A DNA stretch of 64,000 nucleotides, taken from the NCBI GenBank assembly GCA_964599915.1, contig CAZRHR010000001.1, forward strand, positions 12,019-76,018, read 5' to 3'. This DNA is from an uncultured Candidatus Competibacteraceae bacterium (GTDB lineage Bacteria; Bacteroidota; Bacteroidia; CAIKAF01). A program made the position numbers and the translations under genes. The notes under the pieces are model-generated. The model worked only from the letters and a program-made list of their open reading frames with translations. It searched no databases and had not been told where the DNA came from. Positions 19,494-28,276 of the stretch are shown in pieces. Each line of letters begins with the position of its first letter. The first letter of the stretch is position 1.

Positions 19494-20158
19494 ACCCGTT
19501 GTGCGGTTTAAATATCATAATAAAAGAAAAAAGTTGTCCATATTACTGAAAATCAGTGTTTTGATGTAGGATATCAAGCTTACACAAGAATGCACAAGCT
19601 AAAAATAAATTACAACAAATTTTGCAAAGATGACAAGCACGTTCCGCCAGCCAAATCATATCATGCAGCGCATAAGGTTTACTATTATGGGTTTAAATTG
19701 CAACTCATGGGTAGTAAGCAAAGTATTCCTATTACCGCAGGTATGACTGCGGCTAACGTTCATGATGTCAAATATCTTGGCATGATTGATTTTGATGAAC
19801 AAATGTATAACTGTGAGTTAGTTGGAAATAAGGGGTATTTATCATTGGGATATCAAACATCCTTATTTAATCAGGCTAAAATAAAACTCGTCACACACCT
19901 CCGTAGTAATATGAAAACCGTTATGTCATCTTGGAATGAAAAATATTGCTACACAAGAAAACGTATTGAGACTCTATTTTCTCAGCTAGATGATCAGATG
20001 ATGAACAATCGTAATTATGCGAAATCACTCGATGGATTATTTTCACGAATCATTTATATACTCTCATTGGTGGCTGTTCTACAATGGATTAATTATAGCA
20101 ATGGAAAACCCATAAACCATATTAAGCATGCACTCGCATTTTAAACCGCACAACGGAT
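19494..20158 (+). mobile_element. IS982-family-like element, internally deleted (~665 bp), bounded by 19-bp terminal inverted repeats
   Basis: ACCCGTTGTGCGGTTTAAA at 19494-19512 and TTTAAACCGCACAACGGAT at 20140-20158 are inverted repeats (17 of 19 matching). The element sits exactly between the stop of 20162..21127 and the start of 18629..19492. Confidence 0.7.
19590..20144 (+). pseudogene. N-terminally truncated IS982-family DDE transposase (184 aa, lacks the first Asp region)
   Basis: VGNKGY (the GDKGY-like second Asp) and RKRIETLFSQL (the conserved Glu) are present. The N-terminal HTH and first catalytic Asp region are missing. Confidence 0.6.
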
Positions 20159-20161
20159 TTG

Positions 20162-21127
20162 TCATACTGTTGAAAGTTGGATTAAATAAATAGGTCTTTT
20201 TTTAACCCCTTCAAATGTTTTACCCACATATAATCCAACTACTCCCAACATTACTAATAGTAGACCTGAGAAGAACCATATAGAAATAACTAAACTTGTG
20301 TAGCCTTGCACAGTTACCTCCCCGACAAAATACCTAATTAAAAAAACCAACCCCATTACAAATGCTAAAAGCGATACAATAATACCAAATTTTATCATTA
20401 GCCTTATGGGTTTATCTGAATAAGCCAAAATAATGTCTAAAGCTAAATTAAGTAAACGCTTAAAATTATATGATGACTTACCCTCTGATCTTTTTGCATG
20501 CTCTATTGGAATGGCCGTTTGATTAAAGCCTACCCATTTGACCATTGTTGGAAAATATCGTATTGATTCACGCATCAAAGTCAAAGATTGTATAACCTTT
20601 CGGCTATATATTCCAAAGTTTGCAACACTTTCATCCATCTTGTAACCAGTTAAATAACCTAACATCCTATAGAACATTTTTGAGAAAAATCTTTTAAAAA
20701 AGGCATCTTGTCTCTCAATTCTCTGGGCTAAAACAACGTCATAACCCTCATAAGTTTTTTGGTAAAGTTTGTAAATTTCCTCAGGTTGATCTTGTAAGTC
20801 ACAGTCCATAACCACAACCCAGTCTCCCTTTGCATGATCTAGTCCACACGCTATGGCGTAATGTTGCCCAAAATTTCTACTCAACTTAAAACCTTTAACA
20901 CGAGGATTTTTCTTTGCTATATCTTCAATTGCTTCCCATGAGTTATCAGGACCACAATCTTCAACCAAGATAATTTCGTAGTTTAAAGTAATCTTTGAAA
21001 TTGAATGGTCTATTCTTCTAATTAATTCGGGTATAATTTTTTCAGCTCTATAAACAGGGCTCACGATAGAAATATGAGGCTTAAAAGATTTTGAAATCAT
21101 AATTTTACATTTTTGAAGTGGACACAT
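20162..21127 (-). CDS. Polyprenyl-phosphate glycosyltransferase, GT2 (GtrB/ArnC-like), with two C-terminal TM helices
   Basis: ISIVSPVYRAEK...LVEDCGPDNS...RNFGQHYAIACGL...VVMDCDLQDQPEE...GKSSYNFKRLLNLALDIILAYSDKPIRL matches the GtrB/ArnC family closely, followed by a two-helix membrane anchor. Confidence 0.85.
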   Translation of the reverse strand: MCPLQKCKIMISKSFKPHISIVSPVYRAEKIIPELIRRIDHSISKITLNYEIILVEDCGPDNSWEAIEDIAKKNPRVKGFKLSRNFGQHYAIACGLDHAKGDWVVVMDCDLQDQPEEIYKLYQKTYEGYDVVLAQRIERQDAFFKRFFSKMFYRMLGYLTGYKMDESVANFGIYSRKVIQSLTLMRESIRYFPTMVKWVGFNQTAIPIEHAKRSEGKSSYNFKRLLNLALDIILAYSDKPIRLMIKFGIIVSLLAFVMGLVFLIRYFVGEVTVQGYTSLVISIWFFSGLLLVMLGVVGLYVGKTFEGVKKRPIYLIQLSTV

Positions 21128-21239
21128 AATTAATAAGTATCATTTTGTATTGACTAAAGCGGCCAATAAATTAGTTTACTGTGATGCACCATGATGGATA
21201 TGCTCCTGACCAGCGATTAAAGAGACAAAACACCAGCAG

Positions 21240-21420
21240 CCTCTATCTAAATTATTTTGAACAAATCAATTTATTTGCAAAAATCAACTTTGGTTCTTGG
21301 CACAATACTCTACATAATTTTGATGCCAACTTTGGTTGGGTAAAATGGGGGTTAAAGGCCTTATGTATCAAATAATCAAATGCTAATTTACGATGTAAAA
21401 CGGTTTTGGACAGATATGAT
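21240..21420 (+). repeat. Degenerate ~180-bp remnant of the IS4-like 3' terminus
   Basis: INLFAKINFGSWHNTLHNF at the DNA level resembles INLFAKIDLWFWLNTPFYK of copy 1. It ends in AATCAAATGCTAATTTACGATGTAAAACGGTTTTGGACAG, which matches the right inverted repeat. Confidence 0.5.
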
Positions 21421-21423
21421 TTT

Positions 21424-22536
21424 TCATCTTAGATTTATCTTCTCACCTAATTGATGAACATTTACCAAAACATTAGTATTTACTAGATATTCCTTTTCAT
21501 TGCCATTTATCATCCCCTCTGAAACTAATTTAAAGATTGGGGGATTCGCCGTTTCACAAAATAAGGCATCGTAGTCTATGCTGACGGCATGGGCTAATTT
21601 CCAAAATGGAAATGTATATTCTGCGCGCGCATAGGCTTCATTAATAAGTTCTATAACCCTTGCTCCAGTGGGACAAAACATAAGGTTTGATAAACCTGCC
21701 CCATGCAGGGAAATAAACCGCTCCGCTTGGCTCATCATGGCAATCTGTTCCCATACGCTCATGTTTTCAAAAAATATCGCTTCAAACCCTTCTTTTTGAA
21801 GAAACGGCAAAATTTCTTCTTCGTTTTCCACACAACGCACACCTCGCTTCTTACGCGATAAGTACACATGACGTGGAAATAGGGTTTCAGGATTTATTCT
21901 TTTCCAAGCTTCTTGTCGTAGCCGATCAGCCGTTTTCTTAATCAAGGGTGGATAAAAAGAAGCCGTCCAAGGCCTGAGCTCGGGCATATAGAGTTTGTGA
22001 GCGAATACATGTGCTCCCTCCGGAATGAAGCGCGGTGTAAAAGAAAAAGCTTCCAAGGTATCCCATACATAGGGAATGTTTTTCCAGCCCTCAGGTACCA
22101 ATAACACCGCTTTCTTGAGCAAACCTGCCTCTTCGGCCATGATAAGCCGGGGCAAATAAGCATTTACCCAAAACGCATAATTAAACCATTTGGAATGGAT
22201 GACCACACAGGGATCCTCCACCCTCACGGAGGGCAGGCTATTTCCCCAGCGACAAACTGCATATTCCTCAATGGTTTGGCGCCAGAAAGGATAGTAAAAA
22301 GTGTTATCCTCCCTGCCCCGGAGATTAAATGCACAACCAGTAACTAACAGCCCGTTCCTCATCACCAACCCTGAGTGGCTCACAAAGGCATTCTTCAATT
22401 CGCGGATATGAGGTACGGGGGCACAATATTCAGCCCTACGCTCCATCAGGGACCTGTATTCCTTTGGGATTTCTTGTGGAACAGGGACCTTTATGTTCAG
22501 CCATTTCCTCATTTTTTCCTCATTTTTATCATCCAT
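21424..22536 (-). CDS. GT61/DUF563-family glycosyltransferase candidate
   Basis: C-terminal HGAGLSNLMFCPTGARVIELI resembles the conserved HGAGLTN block of DUF563/GT61 proteins. Confidence 0.5.
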   Translation of the reverse strand: MDDKNEEKMRKWLNIKVPVPQEIPKEYRSLMERRAEYCAPVPHIRELKNAFVSHSGLVMRNGLLVTGCAFNLRGREDNTFYYPFWRQTIEEYAVCRWGNSLPSVRVEDPCVVIHSKWFNYAFWVNAYLPRLIMAEEAGLLKKAVLLVPEGWKNIPYVWDTLEAFSFTPRFIPEGAHVFAHKLYMPELRPWTASFYPPLIKKTADRLRQEAWKRINPETLFPRHVYLSRKKRGVRCVENEEEILPFLQKEGFEAIFFENMSVWEQIAMMSQAERFISLHGAGLSNLMFCPTGARVIELINEAYARAEYTFPFWKLAHAVSIDYDALFCETANPPIFKLVSEGMINGNEKEYLVNTNVLVNVHQLGEKINLR

Positions 22537-23450
22537 CTGATGATATCCCCAAAAATGGGTATCGAATACAATAACATCACTGCCAGCGGCTTATTGGTAC
22601 GGCCGTTGTAGCTTGGGGGACACAACAGGAAAGAGCGCAGGCCCTGACTCCAAACCTCACTGCTTTTTTTTTCCCTGAATGCTTTTATGGCTATATGATA
22701 CCTACACATGCTGCGCAGCCTGTTCTTTTCCTTTCGGGGCAGTTTAGCCTTCAATTCGGGACGGGCAAAAATCTTCTTTAAATTAGTCAATTCCCGGCCC
22801 CATTTGTCAGATGCTCCATGCGTAAAACTATCCGGCGCAGCCACATACACCGTGGTGCGCGCTTTGAGCTGATAAACAGGCACACCCGCAGCTACCATAC
22901 GAAGAGAAGTATCCATATCCTCGCAGATGGTTACTGCGGGGTCAAATAAATGTTGGCGCATAACATTCTTGTGCACAGCCCAACGTTGAGGATTTACGGT
23001 GTAACGCAGAAAATAGGAATAGGAGTCAGTGCTTTCCAAATCTGGGCAATGCCGTTCTGTTCGAACGCCGGATGCCGATTCATCCCAAGCATTGGTGAAA
23101 AAGAAGGCCTCGGGTTCTCCTTGAGACGTAATCAAATCATGCAACTGTTGCAAATGTTCGGGCAGGTGATAATCGTCGCTGTCCAAAAAGCAGATGTATT
23201 TTCCCGAAGACAACTTTATACCGCGGTTTCGGGAAACACAACGTTCCTGATTCGTATCATTTTTCAGGTAACGAATACGGGTGTCCTGTTGTGCAAAAGA
23301 GTACACGAGTTCCGCGGTTTGGTCCACAGAGGCGTCATCTACGATAATCAATTCCCAAGAGGTAAAGGTTTGAGCCAATACGCTTTCCAGCGCCTTTGCC
23401 AGGTGATGAGCCCGGTTATAGCTGGGAATGATGAGGGAGAAATAGGGCAT
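22509..23450 (-). CDS. GT2 glycosyltransferase
   Basis: YFSLIIPSYNRAHHLAKALESVLAQTFTSWELIIVDDASVDQT and CFLDSDDYHLPEH motifs. Confidence 0.85.
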   Translation of the reverse strand: MPYFSLIIPSYNRAHHLAKALESVLAQTFTSWELIIVDDASVDQTAELVYSFAQQDTRIRYLKNDTNQERCVSRNRGIKLSSGKYICFLDSDDYHLPEHLQQLHDLITSQGEPEAFFFTNAWDESASGVRTERHCPDLESTDSYSYFLRYTVNPQRWAVHKNVMRQHLFDPAVTICEDMDTSLRMVAAGVPVYQLKARTTVYVAAPDSFTHGASDKWGRELTNLKKIFARPELKAKLPRKEKNRLRSMCRYHIAIKAFREKKSSEVWSQGLRSFLLCPPSYNGRTNKPLAVMLLYSIPIFGDIIRWMIKMRKK

Positions 23451-23670
23451 GGCTTGTTTGGCCGTTCGGTTGTTGCTATTTTATGGTAATTAGGCAATGG
23501 GGCATCAGCCAGAAAGCAAGAGTGAAAGTTTTGATTATTACGTTGCAGCTACTCTTTGGTCTGATAGTAATCGGACGTGCGTTGCATGCTCTGCGGGACT
23601 CCAGTTGCTATATTTGAATGTTTTTATGTTCAGTGAGGCTTTTAGGTTCTTTTTTCGATAAACTCCCATT

Positions 23671-23697
23671 GACAAGCTCAGGGTATCAGAGGGTGAA
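23671..23697. repeat. Direct repeat copy A (GACAAGCTCAGGGTATCAGAGGGTGAA) flanking the AbiE-like cassette
   Basis: Matches 24640..24667 (GACAAGCTCAGGGTAACACAGGGCGTG) at about 22 of 27 positions. Confidence 0.55.
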
Positions 23698-23701
23698 TGT
23701 T

Positions 23702-24327
23702 TTAGGTTGTTTGTCCACCAAGAAAGTGACCTATTTCTGACTTGATTTTTTCTTTGCAGTCATCCCAATTACATGGCAACAACATTTTCGGTTGTGTCTC
23801 TTTATCAGCATCTTCAAAACAGGTAAGGCTTTTTAGGACCATAAAAATAGATCCACTATGATACTTTTTTTTGTAAAAATCAAACATTTCTGAAAGTGAG
23901 TAGATGGAAAGAAGGAAGTATAGATCAATAAAGTCCTTTTTGAACCTCTTCCTGCAATGGCATTCAACTTCATTGCCGCAATATCTTTGGTGGAAGCCAT
24001 ACGAATTCCATCTACCGTACTTGCTTTTTCCAGGATGGGATAGGAATAATTTACAAAATCTACTTTTATATTGTTAATACTAGTGATTAGAATTTTTGAG
24101 GATTTTTTGATCGTAAGCAGTTCTCCTACAGTTGATAACAGATTTAAAATTTCATCCATTTCAAGCCGGGACTCACCAAATAAATCAATATCTACAGAAT
24201 TCCTATGCCCTATTTGAAGAGCTAATGAAGTACCTCCAACAAGATCAAAATCGTTTAAGGCGCTTATTTTCATTAAGCTATTTAAGAGTTCCAGAAGTTC
24301 CTCGCTGACGGTTTGCTTGTGTAACAT
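23702..24327 (-). pseudogene. AbiEii/AbiGii-type nucleotidyltransferase toxin (DUF1814) disrupted by a -1/+1 frameshift in an A5 run
   Basis: N-terminal LVGGTSLALQIGHRNSVDIDLF is the AbiEii GGxxLxL...DxD nucleotidyltransferase motif. Shifting frame at CAAAAAGG (~23916-23922) joins it to ...GRGSKKDFIDLYFLLS..., the family's conserved KDFxDLYFL block. That continues into the 23702..23887 ORF. Confidence 0.6.
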
Positions 24328-24587
24328 CTGAATTCTGATTGATCCATATTAAAAAAGAAGGCCAAAAAAGAGAGCGTTGTTTTTTCAAGATTCCGAATGT
24401 TGAGCACCGATTTTTTTACCTCATCCGCTCCGTAAAATGTGAGCAAATTTCTCCAGTCAGATAACTGCCCGAATTCAACCACCTTGTATATTAGCTGATC
24501 CTTATTTTTTTGCAGGTCAAATATTTCCACATCCATATCCCAAAATAAATAGGGCGAAAATTGATTGATAGGTACTTTGCTTTTCAT
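24282..24587 (-). CDS. Small ORF (101 aa) immediately upstream of and overlapping the AbiEii-like gene; possible cognate antitoxin partner
   Basis: Its position and 46-bp overlap with the toxin gene resemble a bicistronic TA arrangement. No recognisable HTH motif, so the function is unassigned. Confidence 0.3.
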   Translation of the reverse strand: MKSKVPINQFSPYLFWDMDVEIFDLQKNKDQLIYKVVEFGQLSDWRNLLTFYGADEVKKSVLNIRNLEKTTLSFLAFFFNMDQSEFRCYTSKPSARNFWNS

Positions 24588-24639
24588 CTTATTAAAGTTA
24601 GGGGATATTATTTTACAGCGTTCGTTGTTCTTCCCTTCG

Positions 24640-24667
24640 ACAAGCTCAGGGTAACACAGGGCGTGTG
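24640..24667. repeat. Direct repeat copy B flanking the AbiE-like cassette
   Basis: See 23671..23697. Confidence 0.55.
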
Positions 24668-24789
24668 TTACTTGTTCCTTGTTGCTCGCTCTTGGTTCTT
24701 CCCCGATATATTAGGGTCTTAGTTTTCTCTGCATTAGTTGTCATCCTCACGCTAATTCTTGGTCTGGACAGGACTGAAATGTCTTGTCT

Positions 24790-25110
24790 TTTGGTTCTCC
24801 TTGAGCCTTGATCAAATCATGCAGCTATTGGAAATGTTCGGACAGGTGGTAATCGTCGCTGTCCAAAGAGCAGATGTTTTTTCCTTTTGCGGCTTCTATG
24901 CCGCAGTTACGGGTGATGCAGCGTTCAGTGTTTGCTTCATTATGAAGCACGACTTTATTGGGTAGCAAATGCTGAAGGGCTATTTCATAGGAAGGGTCTG
25001 TGGAGATATCATCTACCGCGATGGTTTCAAAATCGGTGAACGTCTAGTCCATAAACGAATCCCAAGCTCGGGTCAAATACTTTTCACGGTTAAAAGCCGG
25101 CATAATTAAA
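24790..25110 (-). pseudogene. 5' fragment (~110 codons) of a GT2 gene paralogous to 22509..23450, with an in-frame stop
   Basis: Minus-strand translation gives IMPAFNREKYLTRAWDSFMD*TFTDFETIAVDDISTDPS...CSLDSDDYHLSEHFQ*LHDLIKAQGEP. A ~100-bp stretch is about 90% identical at the DNA level to 23110..23230. Confidence 0.6.
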
Positions 25111-26146
25111 GTAAAACAGGGTGTTTCTGGCATGAATTTTTATAGCGTATCAATTCATTTACCTTCTGACCATAGCGATGGCGTTCCTTCAAAAAATAAT
25201 TCAGGTTGATTTTAATCCGTCTCCTCTCTTGCCTTTTATTTGCGACAGCCCCGTTGAATGGAAGTTTAATGGCATAAATCAGCGTGTAAATAAGCTCCTT
25301 GAGCCAAAAAAACCTTACCGGACCAGTAATATAGCCCTTTGCCACCCTCAAATAAATTCCCCCTAACGGACCATTGGCTTGCATACCTTCCAGTAACCGT
25401 TGACGATATTCTTCGGTGAGTCTTTCGGCTGGCACATGATGATAAAATTTTAATTCTTCGGCATACCACACTTCGTATCCCAAAAATCGTAATGCCCAGC
25501 AAAGCTCACTGTCTTCACCGCCTGTGGCTAATGATTTTCCGGTTCGCGAAGCAAGAAGAAATTCAAATCCGTTTTCTTTTGCCTTTTGATAGCCTTTCAT
25601 CCGCACCCACATACCCGCACCATAGACCACATTGCGGGTGGGTCTAACTTCGCCGGTTTTAGGAGCCTGCGGTGCACAGGCATAATAATAGGCATATTCC
25701 GAAAACCAATCCGGGATGGGAATTGTGCTTACGGCGATTCCCTGTCCGCCCAAAATTCCGATTTGCGGGTTTTGTTCCATCAATGCATATCCAACATCCA
25801 AATAGTCGGAAAAAAACGAGTTATCGTCGTCGCAGGTAATCACATAGTCGTACGCCGCATGAGCAAATCCATTTTCTTGGGCGTTAAGTTTACCCGGTTT
25901 GGATTCTTCCAAAATGAGCAACGGAAAAGGATTGCCGAGTATGTTCCATTTTTCGCGTGTAAATTCGGCCGTACCATCCGTAGAGGCATTATCTACCAGA
26001 ATCAGCTCCACTCCGGGGATTTGGTTCGTTTTTAATTGGGATAAAGCCTCCAGCGTGGCCGGCAGTTTTTCCTTGCCGTTATAGGTAGAAATTAATATGG
26101 ATATGCCTTGTTTCATTAAACTCAAAATCCATGTTTCAGTTTCCAC
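25106..26146 (-). CDS. GT2 glycosyltransferase
   Basis: ISILISTYNGKEKLPATLEALSQ...ELILVDNASTDGT and CDDDN motifs. Confidence 0.85.
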   Translation of the reverse strand: METETWILSLMKQGISILISTYNGKEKLPATLEALSQLKTNQIPGVELILVDNASTDGTAEFTREKWNILGNPFPLLILEESKPGKLNAQENGFAHAAYDYVITCDDDNSFFSDYLDVGYALMEQNPQIGILGGQGIAVSTIPIPDWFSEYAYYYACAPQAPKTGEVRPTRNVVYGAGMWVRMKGYQKAKENGFEFLLASRTGKSLATGGEDSELCWALRFLGYEVWYAEELKFYHHVPAERLTEEYRQRLLEGMQANGPLGGIYLRVAKGYITGPVRFFWLKELIYTLIYAIKLPFNGAVANKRQERRRIKINLNYFLKERHRYGQKVNELIRYKNSCQKHPVLL

Positions 26147-27033
26147 AAAACAGCCTTGGGAATAAAGGCTACTTTTCCCACCAAAGTTTTTTCGTATTTA
26201 TTCAGCCTGATGGCCTCTTTTTGCCAAAAGGTTCTCCATTTAACAGTGAATGGAGCTTTACAATATATCCGGTTAAACAGTTCGCGTTTCCTTTTTTCTA
26301 GCAGTCCGCTATCTATATCCTTTACCGTTTTGGTATCGGGTAGCATCCTGAAGTTGCCCCAAGTCTGGTCAACGTATTTAATATCTACCATCAGAGACGC
26401 TTTTGCAATGAATTCCAAATCCATATTATAATGGTTTTCAACAGAGTAAAAACCAACCTTACCGTGAATGGATTTTTTATAAAAATAAGCCGTAGGATTT
26501 ACGGGCAAATATTTCCCGCTGAGAATATGCCAGGGCTTGAGTTTTTTAGGACGATTTACATAAATTAATTTACCGTTGCTGTCCCACACATTGCAGTTCC
26601 CTACCATAAACTCGGCTGTTTCTCCACTTTTTATCAGTTGAATAATCTGGTTTAGGGTATTGGGTTGGTAATAATCATCCACGTTTAAAAAGCTGATGTA
26701 TTCACCCTTTGCCATGCGGATGGCTTTGTTCATGGCATCCGATTGTCCCTTGTCTTTTTCGGAAACCCAGCGAGTCTGCGGGTTATTTTTTGCCAGTGAT
26801 TCTATAATTTCCTTAGTACCGTCCGTGCTGGCTCCGTCTATAATAACCAATTCAGATTCTGCACATTGCTGATCCAGATAATTTTGAATGGCGGCCGCAA
26901 TAAATTGCCGGTTGTTAAGAACAACCAAAAGAATACTCAGTACAGGATCAGGTTCAGGGTTGTTCACGAAGCCATTGGTATGTTTGTTCATATTCCATAA
27001 ACATTCGTTTTGCGTCAAACCGTACACAGGCAT
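26122..27033 (-). CDS. GT2 glycosyltransferase
   Basis: LSILLVVLNNRQFIAAAIQNYLDQ...LVIIDGASTDGT and NVDDY motifs. The true start may be the internal MNKHTNGF. Confidence 0.8.
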   Translation of the reverse strand: MPVYGLTQNECLWNMNKHTNGFVNNPEPDPVLSILLVVLNNRQFIAAAIQNYLDQQCAESELVIIDGASTDGTKEIIESLAKNNPQTRWVSEKDKGQSDAMNKAIRMAKGEYISFLNVDDYYQPNTLNQIIQLIKSGETAEFMVGNCNVWDSNGKLIYVNRPKKLKPWHILSGKYLPVNPTAYFYKKSIHGKVGFYSVENHYNMDLEFIAKASLMVDIKYVDQTWGNFRMLPDTKTVKDIDSGLLEKRKRELFNRIYCKAPFTVKWRTFWQKEAIRLNKYEKTLVGKVAFIPKAVLWKLKHGF

Positions 27034-28276
27034 CTTCCGCAGAAAACTCCGCCAACATGGATTGGTCGTCTTGGGGCAGATTGAAATATCGGATTAACGC
27101 ATTTAAAAAAGAGGCGGGATTTTGGTAATCTGACACCAGGAAACCGTTCTTTCCCTCGGTGATTATTTCAGGTACCCCCCCCAAGTGTGAAGCAACCACG
27201 GGTAAGCCAGACGCTAATGCCTCCAAAACAATAAGCGGATGATTGTCAGCTGCCGTAGGATATAACATAATATCCGAAGCCTTCATTAATTCACACATTT
27301 CATGTTCAGAACTTATGTAGCCAATAGGTATATGGTCGTTGGTAAACCGAGAAGTGTCCCCCCCCACGGTAACCAACTTCCACCCTGGGGGCAAGCCGGA
27401 TTCAAGCAGATTCTTAATTATTTTACCTCCCTTAAATGGGTTTTGTGTGGAAAGCTCGGCAGCATAAAACACCACTTTCCAATCCAAATTCCAACCCAGT
27501 TTTTTCCGGTAAGCAGCCTTTTGATTATCCGGCTTAAATACATCCGTATTAATTCCGTTGGGAATAACCTTTACCCTTGAAGCCAATTCCGGGTAGCTGT
27601 ATCTGACCCTTTCGGCCAACCATCGGGAAGGGGCAATCAATAAGGGCGCTGCCCTGCTTATCCATTTTCTTTTTAGTCTAAGAAGTTCTTTGGTTCTGTC
27701 TTTCTTTACGGACGGGTAAATGTTCAGATCGGGACACTCTCCGCAGCCCGTTTTCCAGCCCTCACACTTCATGGAAAAGCCACAATGCCCAGTAAAGATA
27801 TGCTCATCATGCAAAGTCCAGATAAGCTTTCGGGATTTTGCAAAATAGGGCAACAGGGCATAAGAAAAATACCCCCCGTGAAGGTTGTGAAAGTGTACAA
27901 TATCACAGTTTTGAAAATGGGAGTCAGTAAATAGGTTTAACGGGGAAATCTTTTCAATATCAAGCCATCCCCCATTTTGCGCGGCATATTCCACATGATG
28001 CCAAAAGCGATGTATGTATGTGCGGGGGGGGATTTCAAACACCCAAGATTCAGCCGTCTTTTTTGCATGAACCCACAGTCCTGTGTGTTTTTCCTTTTTC
28101 CGAAAATGGTCGGCCAACATAAAGGCCACTTTGGATGCCCCTCCTGAACGGTCATGGGTGTTTATGAATGCAATACCGTCCTCAGAAAAACTCTTGGGAA
28201 CATGGCTTTGCTGCCATATTTCTATTTCCGTAAGAAAAGGCAAGTAAGGTTCTAAATAATTTAAAAAATGTCTCAT
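26954..28276 (-). CDS. GT4 family glycosyltransferase
   Basis: LEALASGLPVVASHLGGVPEIITEGKNGFLV is the GT4 C-terminal signature. The N-terminal domain carries a CGFSMKCEGWKTGCGEC Cys cluster. Confidence 0.8.
   Translation of the reverse strand: MRHFLNYLEPYLPFLTEIEIWQQSHVPKSFSEDGIAFINTHDRSGGASKVAFMLADHFRKKEKHTGLWVHAKKTAESWVFEIPPRTYIHRFWHHVEYAAQNGGWLDIEKISPLNLFTDSHFQNCDIVHFHNLHGGYFSYALLPYFAKSRKLIWTLHDEHIFTGHCGFSMKCEGWKTGCGECPDLNIYPSVKKDRTKELLRLKRKWISRAAPLLIAPSRWLAERVRYSYPELASRVKVIPNGINTDVFKPDNQKAAYRKKLGWNLDWKVVFYAAELSTQNPFKGGKIIKNLLESGLPPGWKLVTVGGDTSRFTNDHIPIGYISSEHEMCELMKASDIMLYPTAADNHPLIVLEALASGLPVVASHLGGVPEIITEGKNGFLVSDYQNPASFLNALIRYFNLPQDDQSMLAEFSAEDACVRFDAKRMFMEYEQTYQWLREQP

Noticed and set aside
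22950-23489. 179-aa plus-strand ORF
   Set aside because: It is antisense to the GT2 gene 22509..23450 and has no motifs.
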